Shown here: in pieces, positions 14,201 to 26,200 of the stretch
Layout: each line of letters begins with the position of its first letter
Position numbering within the stretch: the first letter of the stretch is position 1
DNA from: Balanoglossus misakiensis
Taxonomy: Eukaryota > Animalia > Hemichordata
DNA: 64,000 nt
Reading direction: 5' to 3'
Assembly (NCBI GenBank): GCA_040954595.2
Contig: CM082583.2
Span: 7,872,849 to 7,936,848, forward strand
Translations under genes and position numbers: made by a program
The notes under the pieces: model-generated
The model's input: the letters and a program-made list of their open reading frames with translations, nothing else
Told to the model about the DNA's origin: nothing
Databases searched by the model: none

Positions 14201-17200
14201 ACTGCCGGCTGTGTGTGTGTCATAATTGCTGATAATGCCAGAGTCATTCTTCACTGCATAAAACATTGTACATGTAATGTTACTGAACCAACACAGTTCC
14301 AAGTTTTCTTTTACAGGCAAAGTGAATATATGGTATTTTGTTGGCACACGACATGCGTGTACATGTGTACTTGTTTAAAATTTATGACATTTATACTGTT
14401 TTCCACAATTATGTTTTATTTTCTTCCACCATTCTCATGTATTGTTTTTTTATACTTCAGAAGAGCCGACTGATAATTTAGGTAACAGGCAAACACGTCT
14501 AGATAGTATTTATAGTAACCTGCCTGATGGTTTTGACAGATTCCCTCCTTCAAGCATGTTGTGGTCCCCTCTTAGGGAAACAACACCCCCCTTCATAAAG
14601 TCACCACACCCCTGTCACGGCCCATCATCTTGAAGTACTGTTTGTTTGTTGGCCCAATTATACCAGTCGGAGTGTACAAAGTTGACCCCATATCCCAATT
14701 GTGCAGCCTATTTTAAGAGTCTCTTGATTGTGTTGCCTATTGACAGAAAGTACAAATGTAATGCAGCTATTGTGTCTCTCTGCCCAAGTGACTTCACCCC
14801 GCCCGCGCCTGTTGCTGCAATAATACCATACAATGTCTGAGATATTTCACCGTTCCTTTCAACTGCGATATCATGTGTTAGTATTATATTACCCAAGATG
14901 GCCGACTGTAACAAAATTTTATGAATTTTTGTGAAATTTAATCTTCTTGTTCATAAAATGGACTATACTACCTGTGCACACCTTTTTCTTGTTAGAACAT
15001 TTCTTTGAAGGTCATAAATAATTTTGTAGTTTTATGGAGGCAAGCTATTTGTAGCTTTCTAAATCTTATCCAGCTTTAGGCCTGTGAAAATGTGTACTTA
15101 CAGGTGTTACATGCATCTGACAAATTGTACTATTCTTGATTATTGGCAATTTCTCATGTATCATTTATTTGGGTTTTAATGTTCGTGCGTGCCTTCCAAC
15201 TTCACTCTTATTAATTTTTAATCATATTATGACATCTACCACAACGGGCGTTTCATTAACTAATGATAGGCATCCATGTTTGCCTTCATAAATTACATGT
15301 GGGAACTGTTTGATATCTCCCAGCAAAATATCAATTCCCTCAATCATTGTGGGAGACGGCAACAACCGGGCTTGTCATCATCAATTCCCGTACCACAAGT
15401 ATCAGGCTGTCTGATCCACTTATTAATAAACTTCCATTCCCAACTGATTCAGTCTGCTTTCTCTGATCAATTTTCTCTCCATCACAATCAGTCACTCCTT
15501 TTCTACTCTTAGTCCCTGTGTATGGTGTCTCTATGAATTATTGAGTGAGAAGTCGCCAGTCTCCCACTCAACTCTCGATGATTTTTAAAATTTAAATGTC
15601 AGAACTGCACAGGCACCAAAAAAATCTTCAATATCCAAGATAAAGATAATCTGTGTTAAAAGGCAATTTGATGTCTGAGTAAGCAGTACAACGTACATGT
15701 TCAAATTGTCAAGAGAAACAGTCCCCATAATGTCAGAAGTTAGTCTGTAAAAGGCACATAGGATTGAGTTTTAAAATGGGCTGCACTATTGGATCACACT
15801 TTAAAGGTATACAATCATCTGTTGTTTGCATATACCCATATTTGGTCAAGGGGCGTGTCTAAATATCCGAATGATCACTTTTGGGAGCACACTTATTTCC
15901 CTTGGCCACCATTTGAAAACCTGTGATTGGCTAGATCTAGTTTCCATGGTAACTGTGGTTAAATTAGTGTGGGTGACTGTATACCTTTAAGGCATGGCAC
16001 AGTCTCCCTTTTGCAGTGACAGCAGCATGCATGTTTATGTTTTTTTCGTTAATTTTATCACCCAATTCATACATTCAACACCTGTGTTGTTAATAATGTC
16101 CATTTCTTTTGTACTTATTAGATAAAATACGGAAAGATGTCATGTCTAAAAGCACAAATGGGTTGGAGATACTGCTCTCAAGTTTGGAGGTAGGTGATGC
16201 CGGTCATCTTAACCTTTCAAACCCTTTCACCCCTGTTTCCCTGTGTTAGTAGCAGGTCCGGCTTTGCCATGGGCAACAATGGGCTATGGTACATGTATTG
16301 GTAACATGACATCTTGACAGGTGAACAGCATAAAAAATGCAGTGTTTTCTGTTTGCATGGCACCGAACAAATATGTCTTTGAACACATTCATCATTAGAC
16401 TAGACATTTTTTACTGAAATTCAACAGATTTGATTTATGCCAGAAAGATGGCTATCTACCTGTTCAGGAGGCATTTTGGAAGTTGTGCAGTATAATGTGA
16501 TAAACCACTGGGATTTTAAACACATCTCCTTTTTCAGAGTTCGACAGACAGCCAAACCTCCCTGAATATCACCTACACTTTGATCGACATATTGTTATCG
16601 GGAAAACGCTCTACGTCCTTTGTGTCCCGTGGAGCTACGCAGGTCATCTTGACAGCTCTGATCACTGCAAACCGAGAAGCGACACCTTGTGATGAACTCG
16701 TTGTAGGTCTTCATACAATTCTTGCCAAAATCGGCTCCAAAGGTAAGTGTGTTTCATGGAGTATTTTGGGTAGGGATAGAAGTTGGGCAGAAAAATGGAC
16801 CAATAGCGGGCAACAGCATCCATGTGCTCTCTATTTTCTCATCAACAGATATCAATAAATCTGGGTGATCCATTGAAACATGGCAAATACCATAGAACTA
16901 GAATTATACTTCAACCTTTTCACATCCACTGCCAAATGTCAAGCAAGGTCCAAAAATCTAAAGGTTGAAGCATGCTTATTTTTGAACGAAATGAAAATAT
17001 CAAATGGGCTCATTTTCTTCTCCCTTTTTACAGATCGTAAATTTGGAGTGAAAGCCAGGCTAAGTGGTGCATTGCCGATAACCCTGTCTCTTGTCAGAAA
17101 TAATGCAAATAATTTCAAGGTTTTGTTGCCATGCCTACAGGTGCTAAAAATATACGTTGCCAATGGTGAGTGTGTAATCTCTTGTTTTGCTCCAAAACCA

Positions 17201-20200
17201 TGCAGTGTCTGGCGCCTAATTCCAAAATACATATTTAATCCAATAAAATGTCCGGCAAATCTCATCAAGCCCACGACAAATTACACTCTCTACTGAAGTG
17301 GAAATGAGATTCAGAAACGCATATTGCTCAATCAGGCAGAAAATGGAACAGAAAATCAACTTTTGGTTAATTCAGTTTCCAGATTGATTCTATTCTGATA
17401 GCCACATATGAAATATTGTTATTAACAGTACTTTTTTATGTTATGCGATTTATATTTATATGATTGTTAAAGGATTGTTAAAATCTCATAATGGTTCAAA
17501 GTAAGACTGGTTATATTCAAAACCAGGTGATTATGTGTGAATGAAGGCTTGGGTTGCGACATAATGCCATAGAATGAACAAGGTGTAGTTTTTGCATCAT
17601 TCTAAGCGATTCACAGCCAACATTGGTGTTCAGCGCACACCCAGTGTCGCAGACAATTGTCCTTACTAGCTTTGCCCATAAATTCGTTTATATATATTCA
17701 GCCAGTGAGTCATTTTTGCAACAGGGTAGAAAGAAAAGTGTTTGCACTGTAGGGGAGATTAGCTAGCTGTCAATTGTCAGAAGAGTATTTGTTTGTGAAT
17801 ATGTATGTAAGGCAAGTTTGGAAAAAATAGTTCTACTTGAAAATTCTTATTAAATTAAAATCAATAAATAAAAAACAAGAAATATGAAAATATTTGTGTC
17901 AGTTTTCCCCTTTATCTCAACTGTTTCCTCAGAGTAAAAATTATCTACTCTAAGTGTTCTTGTTATGCATCGTGTATCATATTCACAAATCTACGGCTTC
18001 ACGTCAAATGACATTTACTCCTCCCGCAACAGCAGTATACCTGAAGTAACAGAATACGTGATTGAATCTCCTCCACGGCTGACTTGTAACAATTCATCAC
18101 TACTATTAGTCACAATGATAGAATTTCTTACGGTGACCCTGAACTCGTCGAGGTGGGTCAATGCAGAGCATTTCGCTAATGGATGAAATCCAATGTAAGC
18201 CATTAATGCATTCTTACCCAGGGTCTGTTCTTATCATAGCCCCATCCACATCCATCCACACAGCTGGAGATAAATTTCGTCGCAGGAAACGGTCAATCTA
18301 AAGATGTATATCCTGTCCGGGGCTGTGTCCTTTTTTTAAGAACAGAACTATTAAGAGAATAAAAATATACCTGGATTAATTTCCCGTTTTTTTCATACAC
18401 AGCTGTAAATTCATCCTGTTTGGGTAAAGGAGGCGCCGTCTCTTGTATGTTTCGGATTCTTGCCGTTTGCGGGAAAAAACACCTCAATATTGTCAAGTAA
18501 GTTCAACGGATATCACAGGATTTCTACAATTTGTATTGACATAATCATTCAAGATATCTATTTCAAAACCTTGTTTTTGGTTTTTGCTTCCTCACAGAAT
18601 AGCACTGGACACACTTTCACAGCTGGTGAAATCAAGTGAGTTTCTATTGACCTTCTTGGGAAGTCCACTGCTCAAGGTTCTTGTTCCTAAGAATCAGTCT
18701 CTTAGTCTACCAAAGCTACCCACTGTTATAAAGTCACCACGGCTGCATCACAACATAATAGATGAAGAAAAGTATTTTTCTCCATCACCAAGGAGAAAGC
18801 ACTTGGCCTTTACATCTTGATTATTTCCCTATACATGTATCAGAACACTCAATGTGCATTCCTGAAGAAATGTATCCCCTTCAGTTCATGTAATCGGATT
18901 TCTTGCCTTCTCCCATCACAGAGAGTAACTCTGCCCGTGCTGTGGGCCAAGGTGGAATGACAATCTTATTGACCATGGCTTTCGATTGGCATCGTTCCGA
19001 TACGCGGAATAGACACTTCAACTTGAGAAAGTCTATTCTCATTGTTATCAGGAACATTACAACATTGAGTGAGTACCTTTGTCACATTAGATCCTATTTA
19101 TGTTTGGTTAAAGGCCCATATTCAGCACAATTTCTGTTTGTTGAAAGGCCCGTATTGACTCACTGTCCTTGTGAACATTTTGCCCACTGACTGTGAAACC
19201 GACACATTGGTTAATGCCAATGAAACTCATTTTCTTTTTTCGAATGTTCTCTGCAATCATCAGAGTCTGGTAGAAAAGCCTTCATCCAAGCGGATGGTAC
19301 AAAGATTTTATATGCAATAGCTCAGGAAATGGCGGAAGGTAAGCAATGATGTACCAGTATTTCTATGCCAGGCTTTTGTTGGTTATTGTCCATGATTTTT
19401 TTATTTTTACACTTTCCGAACACGTTTAGTCTGCAATGTGTGACATGTTACGACTTCTTTTTTCAATTTCAGCGAGGGAGTTAGAACCTTTAGTGACAAT
19501 TATTAGCTTGATATTGAGGAAATGTTTCCCGAAGAATCGACTTCCAGTTCAAACCATCAAAAGTTGTGTTCCTTACCAAATGCCTGAGGCAGCGGCAGAG
19601 CAGATGGAAGTTCCTTTTGAAGCACAAGGTAACAGTCTGCAAAGGCACCTGAATTCTGTGTGATTGGTATTGACTGTGATCTAAGGTGGACGATTAGAGG
19701 ATGTTTGAACCCTTTTACTAGTACCATGTTTTGGTCCAAATCCATTGTTTAATTCACTTCTGGAAAAACTAACCCACACTGCCACTGACAGTAATACAGT
19801 GTAATTTGTAGACACAATTACTTATCCTGGAAGTCATTTTTGATGAAAAAGAGTGATGGCTTGTCTTTCAGGAGATGATGTCATTGATGAAAGTGATGAT
19901 CAAGACGATGACCTCAGCAGTGATGAGGATGAAGAAAACCAACAGGTAATGACAAATTAATCTTTATATGTTGTTACCCTCATGGCCAGTCAGTATAGAT
20001 GTGTTCTGTTTCGCAACGTGCTCTGATCAAATATTCAATAATTCCGTTAGTGAAATACTGACAGAAACAGCAGTGAGAACATTTTGTCCCTGAAACTTTC
20101 TTGATAATTAGTTTAATCCTTTCACCGACATGGTTCAATCCAAACCCATTATTTTCTCTAGGTGAAGTTAGACCTGTATACATAGGAATCAGCTGTCTTT

Positions 20201-23200
20201 GAAACATGTTGCAGTCGATGTTGGTAGTTTTGATGGTGTTGCTGTTTAAAATTGTTTTTTTTTCTGCTTCTGTTGTGTTCATTTATGGTTGCTGTAGGCT
20301 GTTGCTGGTGTTGTAGCAGTTTGTTTGTTGTTGCTTGTCATGTAGCTATATTTTCAAAGGCTTTGATCTTGGTCTCACTTGTCATAAAACAGAAGCACTT
20401 CAACTGTGTTCTCAGATTTCTTCCCCAAGCAAGCAAATGATGCTACTGGATATCTACGGTATAACAGGACTTAATCTACTGCCTAGGTACTGAGTATTTC
20501 CGAGCGCTCAGTGCTTAATGCAGTTACTATTGTTGCATCCACAGTTTTTCATATGGTGCACTGTGTGTACGGATAGTCATTTCTTTAATTTCCTTCTTAA
20601 TTTCTTTTTCTCTTTTGTTTTAAGGATATACAAATTCAGGTCAGTAGATGTAGCACAGTGTACCCACAATGCTGTTTATGTTCATTTGACTTTGATATTT
20701 TGTTTTGCCGTTTGTAGGAAACGTTTTTATATACAAGCATATTTGATACACCCCTTCCCTACAACCCATACCAACATGAGTATTTACACATATAACATGT
20801 TTGTTTAAAATTAATATTATTAATAGCCTGATTGCCCTGGTTTGATACCCAATATGCATCTACCAAAATGTGTTGAGTTTTTCCCTTGTTCATAAATTTT
20901 TGCCGTGTGCAATTTTCTCCAACTTACAAATCCATGTTCAGGAGTTTCCATTTCCTTGTTGCATGGCCATTCAACCCGTGTTCTTTGCACCATGCAATGG
21001 TGATGGTTTTTAGTATGATCGTTGGGAATTTTGTGTTACAGTTCCCTCTGGGAAGTTTGTATGCTGTACTGGATTACTTTCATCGATAGCAGAATGTCAA
21101 TGCGAATTTCTCACAACTAATGACCTTTACAATGCTCCCTATAGTGATGTCTGACAACAACCCGTCTTAATGATCTCCAGGGGATATTGTCATAGTAACC
21201 TTTAAACTTGCTTTGCGACATTCTTTCTTTCCTATGAAAACAACCACAAGCTTTGGATAGAAATATTTCACAATGTGTGTCCTCAAGATCAGCTTGAGTT
21301 TTGACTTTAAAACATTAAATGCATGTCAAGATTTGGTATCTTAATATTCATGTCTTTTAAGAAACTCCATGGCTGCCCATACATCAATGCAATTATTGTG
21401 ATTTTGTGATGCACAATAACATAAAATATTGATGTTATATCAACAGTAATGTATGCTATTGTTAGCACAATTGTACAATGCAAATGCAATTATGGTGTCA
21501 CACGACAAATCATGCTTCAACTAACAATTGTAGGCTGTCTGTGACATCCTTCAATGTGCACACTGGAGCTAATTAATGAAAAGTGGGAAAGTATCTTGAT
21601 TCCTGATTTTTGTTGTTGCAGGAGTTCGATGACGGTGATGAGGATGGCAAAGGGAAAAATGAAAGACAGAAGAGGTCAGCCGAAGATTTGATGATGTATG
21701 AAAGTTTTTTCCCAGAATTGCTGGAATTTACAGAGGTAAGAATTAATGTTCCTGGCATTGATAGAGGATGCAAGACTTTGTAGAACATGGAAGATGGTAA
21801 GGTTTCTATGGTAACGTTGGACCTCCAAAGAGGCAACTGGGGGTGAAAGGGTTAGACAGGTTTCAGTGTATATATCCTGATGGTTACTGCTTTCATCTGC
21901 AGGAGAATTACATCCTTGACGATGAGGACAATTCCGACGAAGATAATGATGACATGGAGATAAGCGGGCAGCCATCGGGGCCAATTTTCATTCCGACAGC
22001 AATGGAAACATATCCCAGACACTGTGCATCCACAACGATCAGTGCGCTGGACACCCGGAACGGAGCCCGGCATTCGCAGCGGGGGTTCAAGGAAAACCGC
22101 TGCAGTCTGCCCAACCTGTCCAAGTACACCTACATGGTGGCCAACGGGACGTACACGGAGACCGACGTGACGGACCTGGCGAACAGCGTGGGCGGTTTCC
22201 GGCTGGCCTCCGAGTCCAGCCAGAGGAGCTCGGCCTCCTCGGAGTACAGCGCCCGGAGCAGTGCCAAAGACTCGTACGAGACGCGCAGCATAGACAGCGC
22301 CGGCAGCTACAGGAACGGAAAGTCCGGCAAGCACTCCAAGTCTCAGAACAGCCTGCGCGGAAGTCGTCCCCCCAGCAAGATCAGCCGAGTGTCCAAATCC
22401 ATGACCTCCATCAAGAGTACTACGCTCCCGGACCGGGGCGCCAGCTCGCCCACCATTCCCAGCATGCGGTCCAAAGTAGACGTCGCCATGGAGACTTTCA
22501 ACCCCGACCTGACCATCACCTCCTTAAGCGTCGCGTCTGCGGACGGCCCCAGGACGGACCAGAGCGACACTAACATCTTCGAGACCACCTCCAGCAACTC
22601 GTCGACAGAGAACAGTGAACTTTTCAGGAACCCGGACGTGTTCGTCGAAGTAGCGCACCGGACGAAGAGCGTGTTGCCATTTACGAAGCTGGCCTTCCCA
22701 GAGTTCAATGGGCACGTGCCGCCACCCAGTAAAGAACCGTTTTACGACAGACCCGGAGGTGTCCAAAGGTAGGACTTAGCAACTCTTGTGAGAGACTCAG
22801 AACTCACCCGCAGTTCAATCATTTATCATTCAGCTTTCTTTCTTTTTTTTTCCTCCTCAGTTGTCGCAGTTACATGCCTTATTCTTTATTTTGACATTAA
22901 CCATTCTTAATTTTGACACTTTTATATTTATTTTTTTTGCATTTCTTTATTCCAATTGTTTTAGGAAAAGCCGTGTGTCTAGTGCCAAGCTCTACACCAA
23001 GTAATTATGATTTCAAAGTTTTTGTACAAACTTGAGGTGTTGGTTTTTTTGGAAGTTTTTAGTGTCTTGTTTTGCTATGTGTGCATACTAATCTCGTCTG
23101 CGTCCAAAAGCTCTGACCCTAGTTCGTGTATATTTGAATTATTGTACTTTAGATTGCAAGGGAATGGTGGCAGAATGATGTACATGCACTGAAATTTTCA

Positions 23201-26200
23201 ATGGTGTTATTAGTGCACTGAATCCGGCACCATATTTGTCATACCCTGTAGATTGCATGAGCTATGTTCTCAAAAGTCATTGCCTCATAGATTTGCTTTA
23301 AGCTCTGAATTCACCAGAAATGAATAGAAACAAAAAACATTACTCCATCCCTCCTTGCCTAGAAGTCTCAAAAATGACAAAACATTTCCATTTTAGTGCA
23401 TGTGCATCCTTTGGGGAACATTAAAATTAAGTGGAATATATTTTGTTGGTTTAACCAATTAATCAACACTGACATACCGTACATAATGTAAATCAATTCA
23501 ATTCATGTTCTGACAAAAGTACAAAAGTAACTTCATGACTGCTCATTGTGTTCAAGGAGACAGTCACAAGTGGTGATCATTAGCTAGAAAATGGACTCTA
23601 TGACTTCCCTTTGTTTAGAGTCGAGGACCACGGCTGCTATGTGTGGTCATCATTTCCAACACTTGACAAATGATCAGTGTAAAAATGATACTTCCCAAAT
23701 CCATGAAATAGGATTGCTAAATCCTTTCTATTAAAACTTGATCAGAGATTGCCAAAGACAGAATCAGTCACTGCCTATAAACATGAAATTGATCATATTT
23801 GTAAGTCAGACTGTACTGACATATAAATGATATCTTTCCTTCCTCTGCCCCACTTGCTTTTGGCTTTCTGATACTAACCAAAGGTCTGCTTGCAATTGCT
23901 TTGCTGTCTTGTGTAGCTTGTGCTATTAATATGGTGATTATTTAGAAATATCAGATTTACGGAGAACCCTAGATGGGTCACTTCTTTCTGATCAATTCAT
24001 GTTATCTTTCTAAGTGTATGTTGTATTTCAATAATAGATTTAGATGTACATGTAACTGACAGAAGTGTATAGATTTCCCAGTTTGGCACTAGTCAATGAA
24101 TGCTATGGGTGTTGATGACTCACAGTCCACAAGTAGAATTTATCACTACCTCACGGCCTTGCTCACTTATACTGTATGTACCAGATTCATGATTGTACCA
24201 TCTCTGGCAAAAAGAGTGAATCCACCTGTGACCTGAGTCAGAGTCTTGTGACATGTTTTCAAACCAGAATGCCATTTGCAGGGAATTCCACAGATTTGAT
24301 CCAAATACACATGTATGCAGATGTTCGCTGCCATTTCGGCAGTTATATACACAATTCACCATCAGAAACAGTTGGCTGTACCTGCAAAATCCATTGTCTG
24401 CCATGCTTATATAAATGCACACTGTCACCCCCTTCCCACCAGGGCTGTTTGGTTGAACCCTCAGGATGGGTGAACCCATTTACAGGATGTGGGGATGAAA
24501 GGATCAACACATGCTGCGGCACAGGAAGGTTTGGTTGAGTTTGCCTTTAACAACAAACACAGTCACACCTTAAAATTACAATGATTGTACACTTTTGTGA
24601 TGTACGTCTGTATTTGTTTGTTTTACTTTCAGAAGTATGATCTTTGATGACATCGACAGAATGATTCACCCTCAGAACGTGATCGACAAGACTGTCTTTG
24701 ATCTGGATCTGATCATGTCAACGAACAGCCACCTGTCGTGCGGAACCTCCAGGGAACCAGCCTACCATGCGTATTCCACAGACGACATCAAAATCAAGTG
24801 TGTACATAACTAATCTAGGGATAGATTCAAATGTCTTCAATTTTGTCAACTTTGAGAGTCTAAAGAAAGTGTCAAAGAAATCAGCAGAAACTCTTAAATA
24901 TAGACCCAAGTACATGTAGGTGTATGTTTATCAAGTGGGAATAAACCCCTGCCATTTTCTGACATTTTTGCTCCGACTTCCACTCGCAGGAATTTCCCCA
25001 GCCCAGACGTAGTGGACACCTCCGAGACCCTACAGTTTAATTCTCTCTTTGAGAGTGGAAATCTGCGCAAAGCAGTACAGGTGAGATATCAATACAGCAG
25101 GAACTACATTTATATTAACATACATGTACAAAAATGTACTAATGTAGCTCACAACACATGCCCTGAAGAGTATGACATGCAAACCCTCTCAGAAAAGAGA
25201 AATGACAGTCAAGTCACTTTTGAATTCCAGGATCCAACGTTCTGATAAATTCCTGTCAGGCGAACAGACAGACATTACTGACCCCTTTTACTTCACCGCA
25301 TATCTTGCAGATTCGGAAGTACGAGTACGACTTAATTTTGAATTCTGACATAAACTCAAACCACCACCACCAGTGGTTCTACTTTGAAGTGAGCGGAATG
25401 AGATCGGATGTCTCGTACAGATTTAATATGGTCAATTGTGAGAAAACAAACAGCCAGTTCAACTTTGGTAAGTGCGCTACTTCCAGATTATATTAGAGCT
25501 AGCTAAATGTATTATGAATAAAAACCTATTTGGGTGCAATAAATAATTGTCTTACTGTCAAAATTTCGGCCAAGCCCTTACTTTTCAATCTTATTGTAAT
25601 TTGTGCAGAAGGAAATTTGGGTGATGTTATTTCTTTTTTATTTTCCTGAAACTAACTGGGTTTTCTGTCTTTTAACAGGAATGCAACCGTTATTGTACTC
25701 TGTCAGAGAAGCTATTGACGGTCACCCCAGCTGGGTCCGAGCTGGCTTTGATATCTGTTACTACAGAAACCATTACTCTCGTAGTGCAGCTGCTGCTGGA
25801 GGCCAGAAAGGCAAAAGTTACTTCTCACTGACTTTCAAAATGGTGTTCCCCCACGATGATGACATCTGTTACATGGCATATCATTATCCTTATACATACT
25901 CCATGATGCAGGTATGTATGTATGGAGCTTTTGGCCTGTCTTTCTGGAGTTTCGTGTATGTACGAATACACACATGCACCCATGTACATTTTGTGTTTGT
26001 TTGTTGCAGTCACATTTTTTCAAACCCAATGCACTAGGTATTTTTGGATGGTTGTATCTCTATACTAGACACTTCTACAACCACCTCATAAAAAACGTTT
26101 AAAAAAAGCAACATTATGAAATGTCAATAACGAATGGAAGTTTTTGAATATTGCTTTACTATTGTGCATTCCTTGTACAGACTCACCTGTTCGAGCTGGA

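Noticed and set aside
21852-22766. Long antisense ORFs (160, 121 and 80 aa) opposite CCP1 exon 13
   Set aside because: Shadow ORFs caused by GC-rich codon usage of the sense exon; no recognisable protein motifs.
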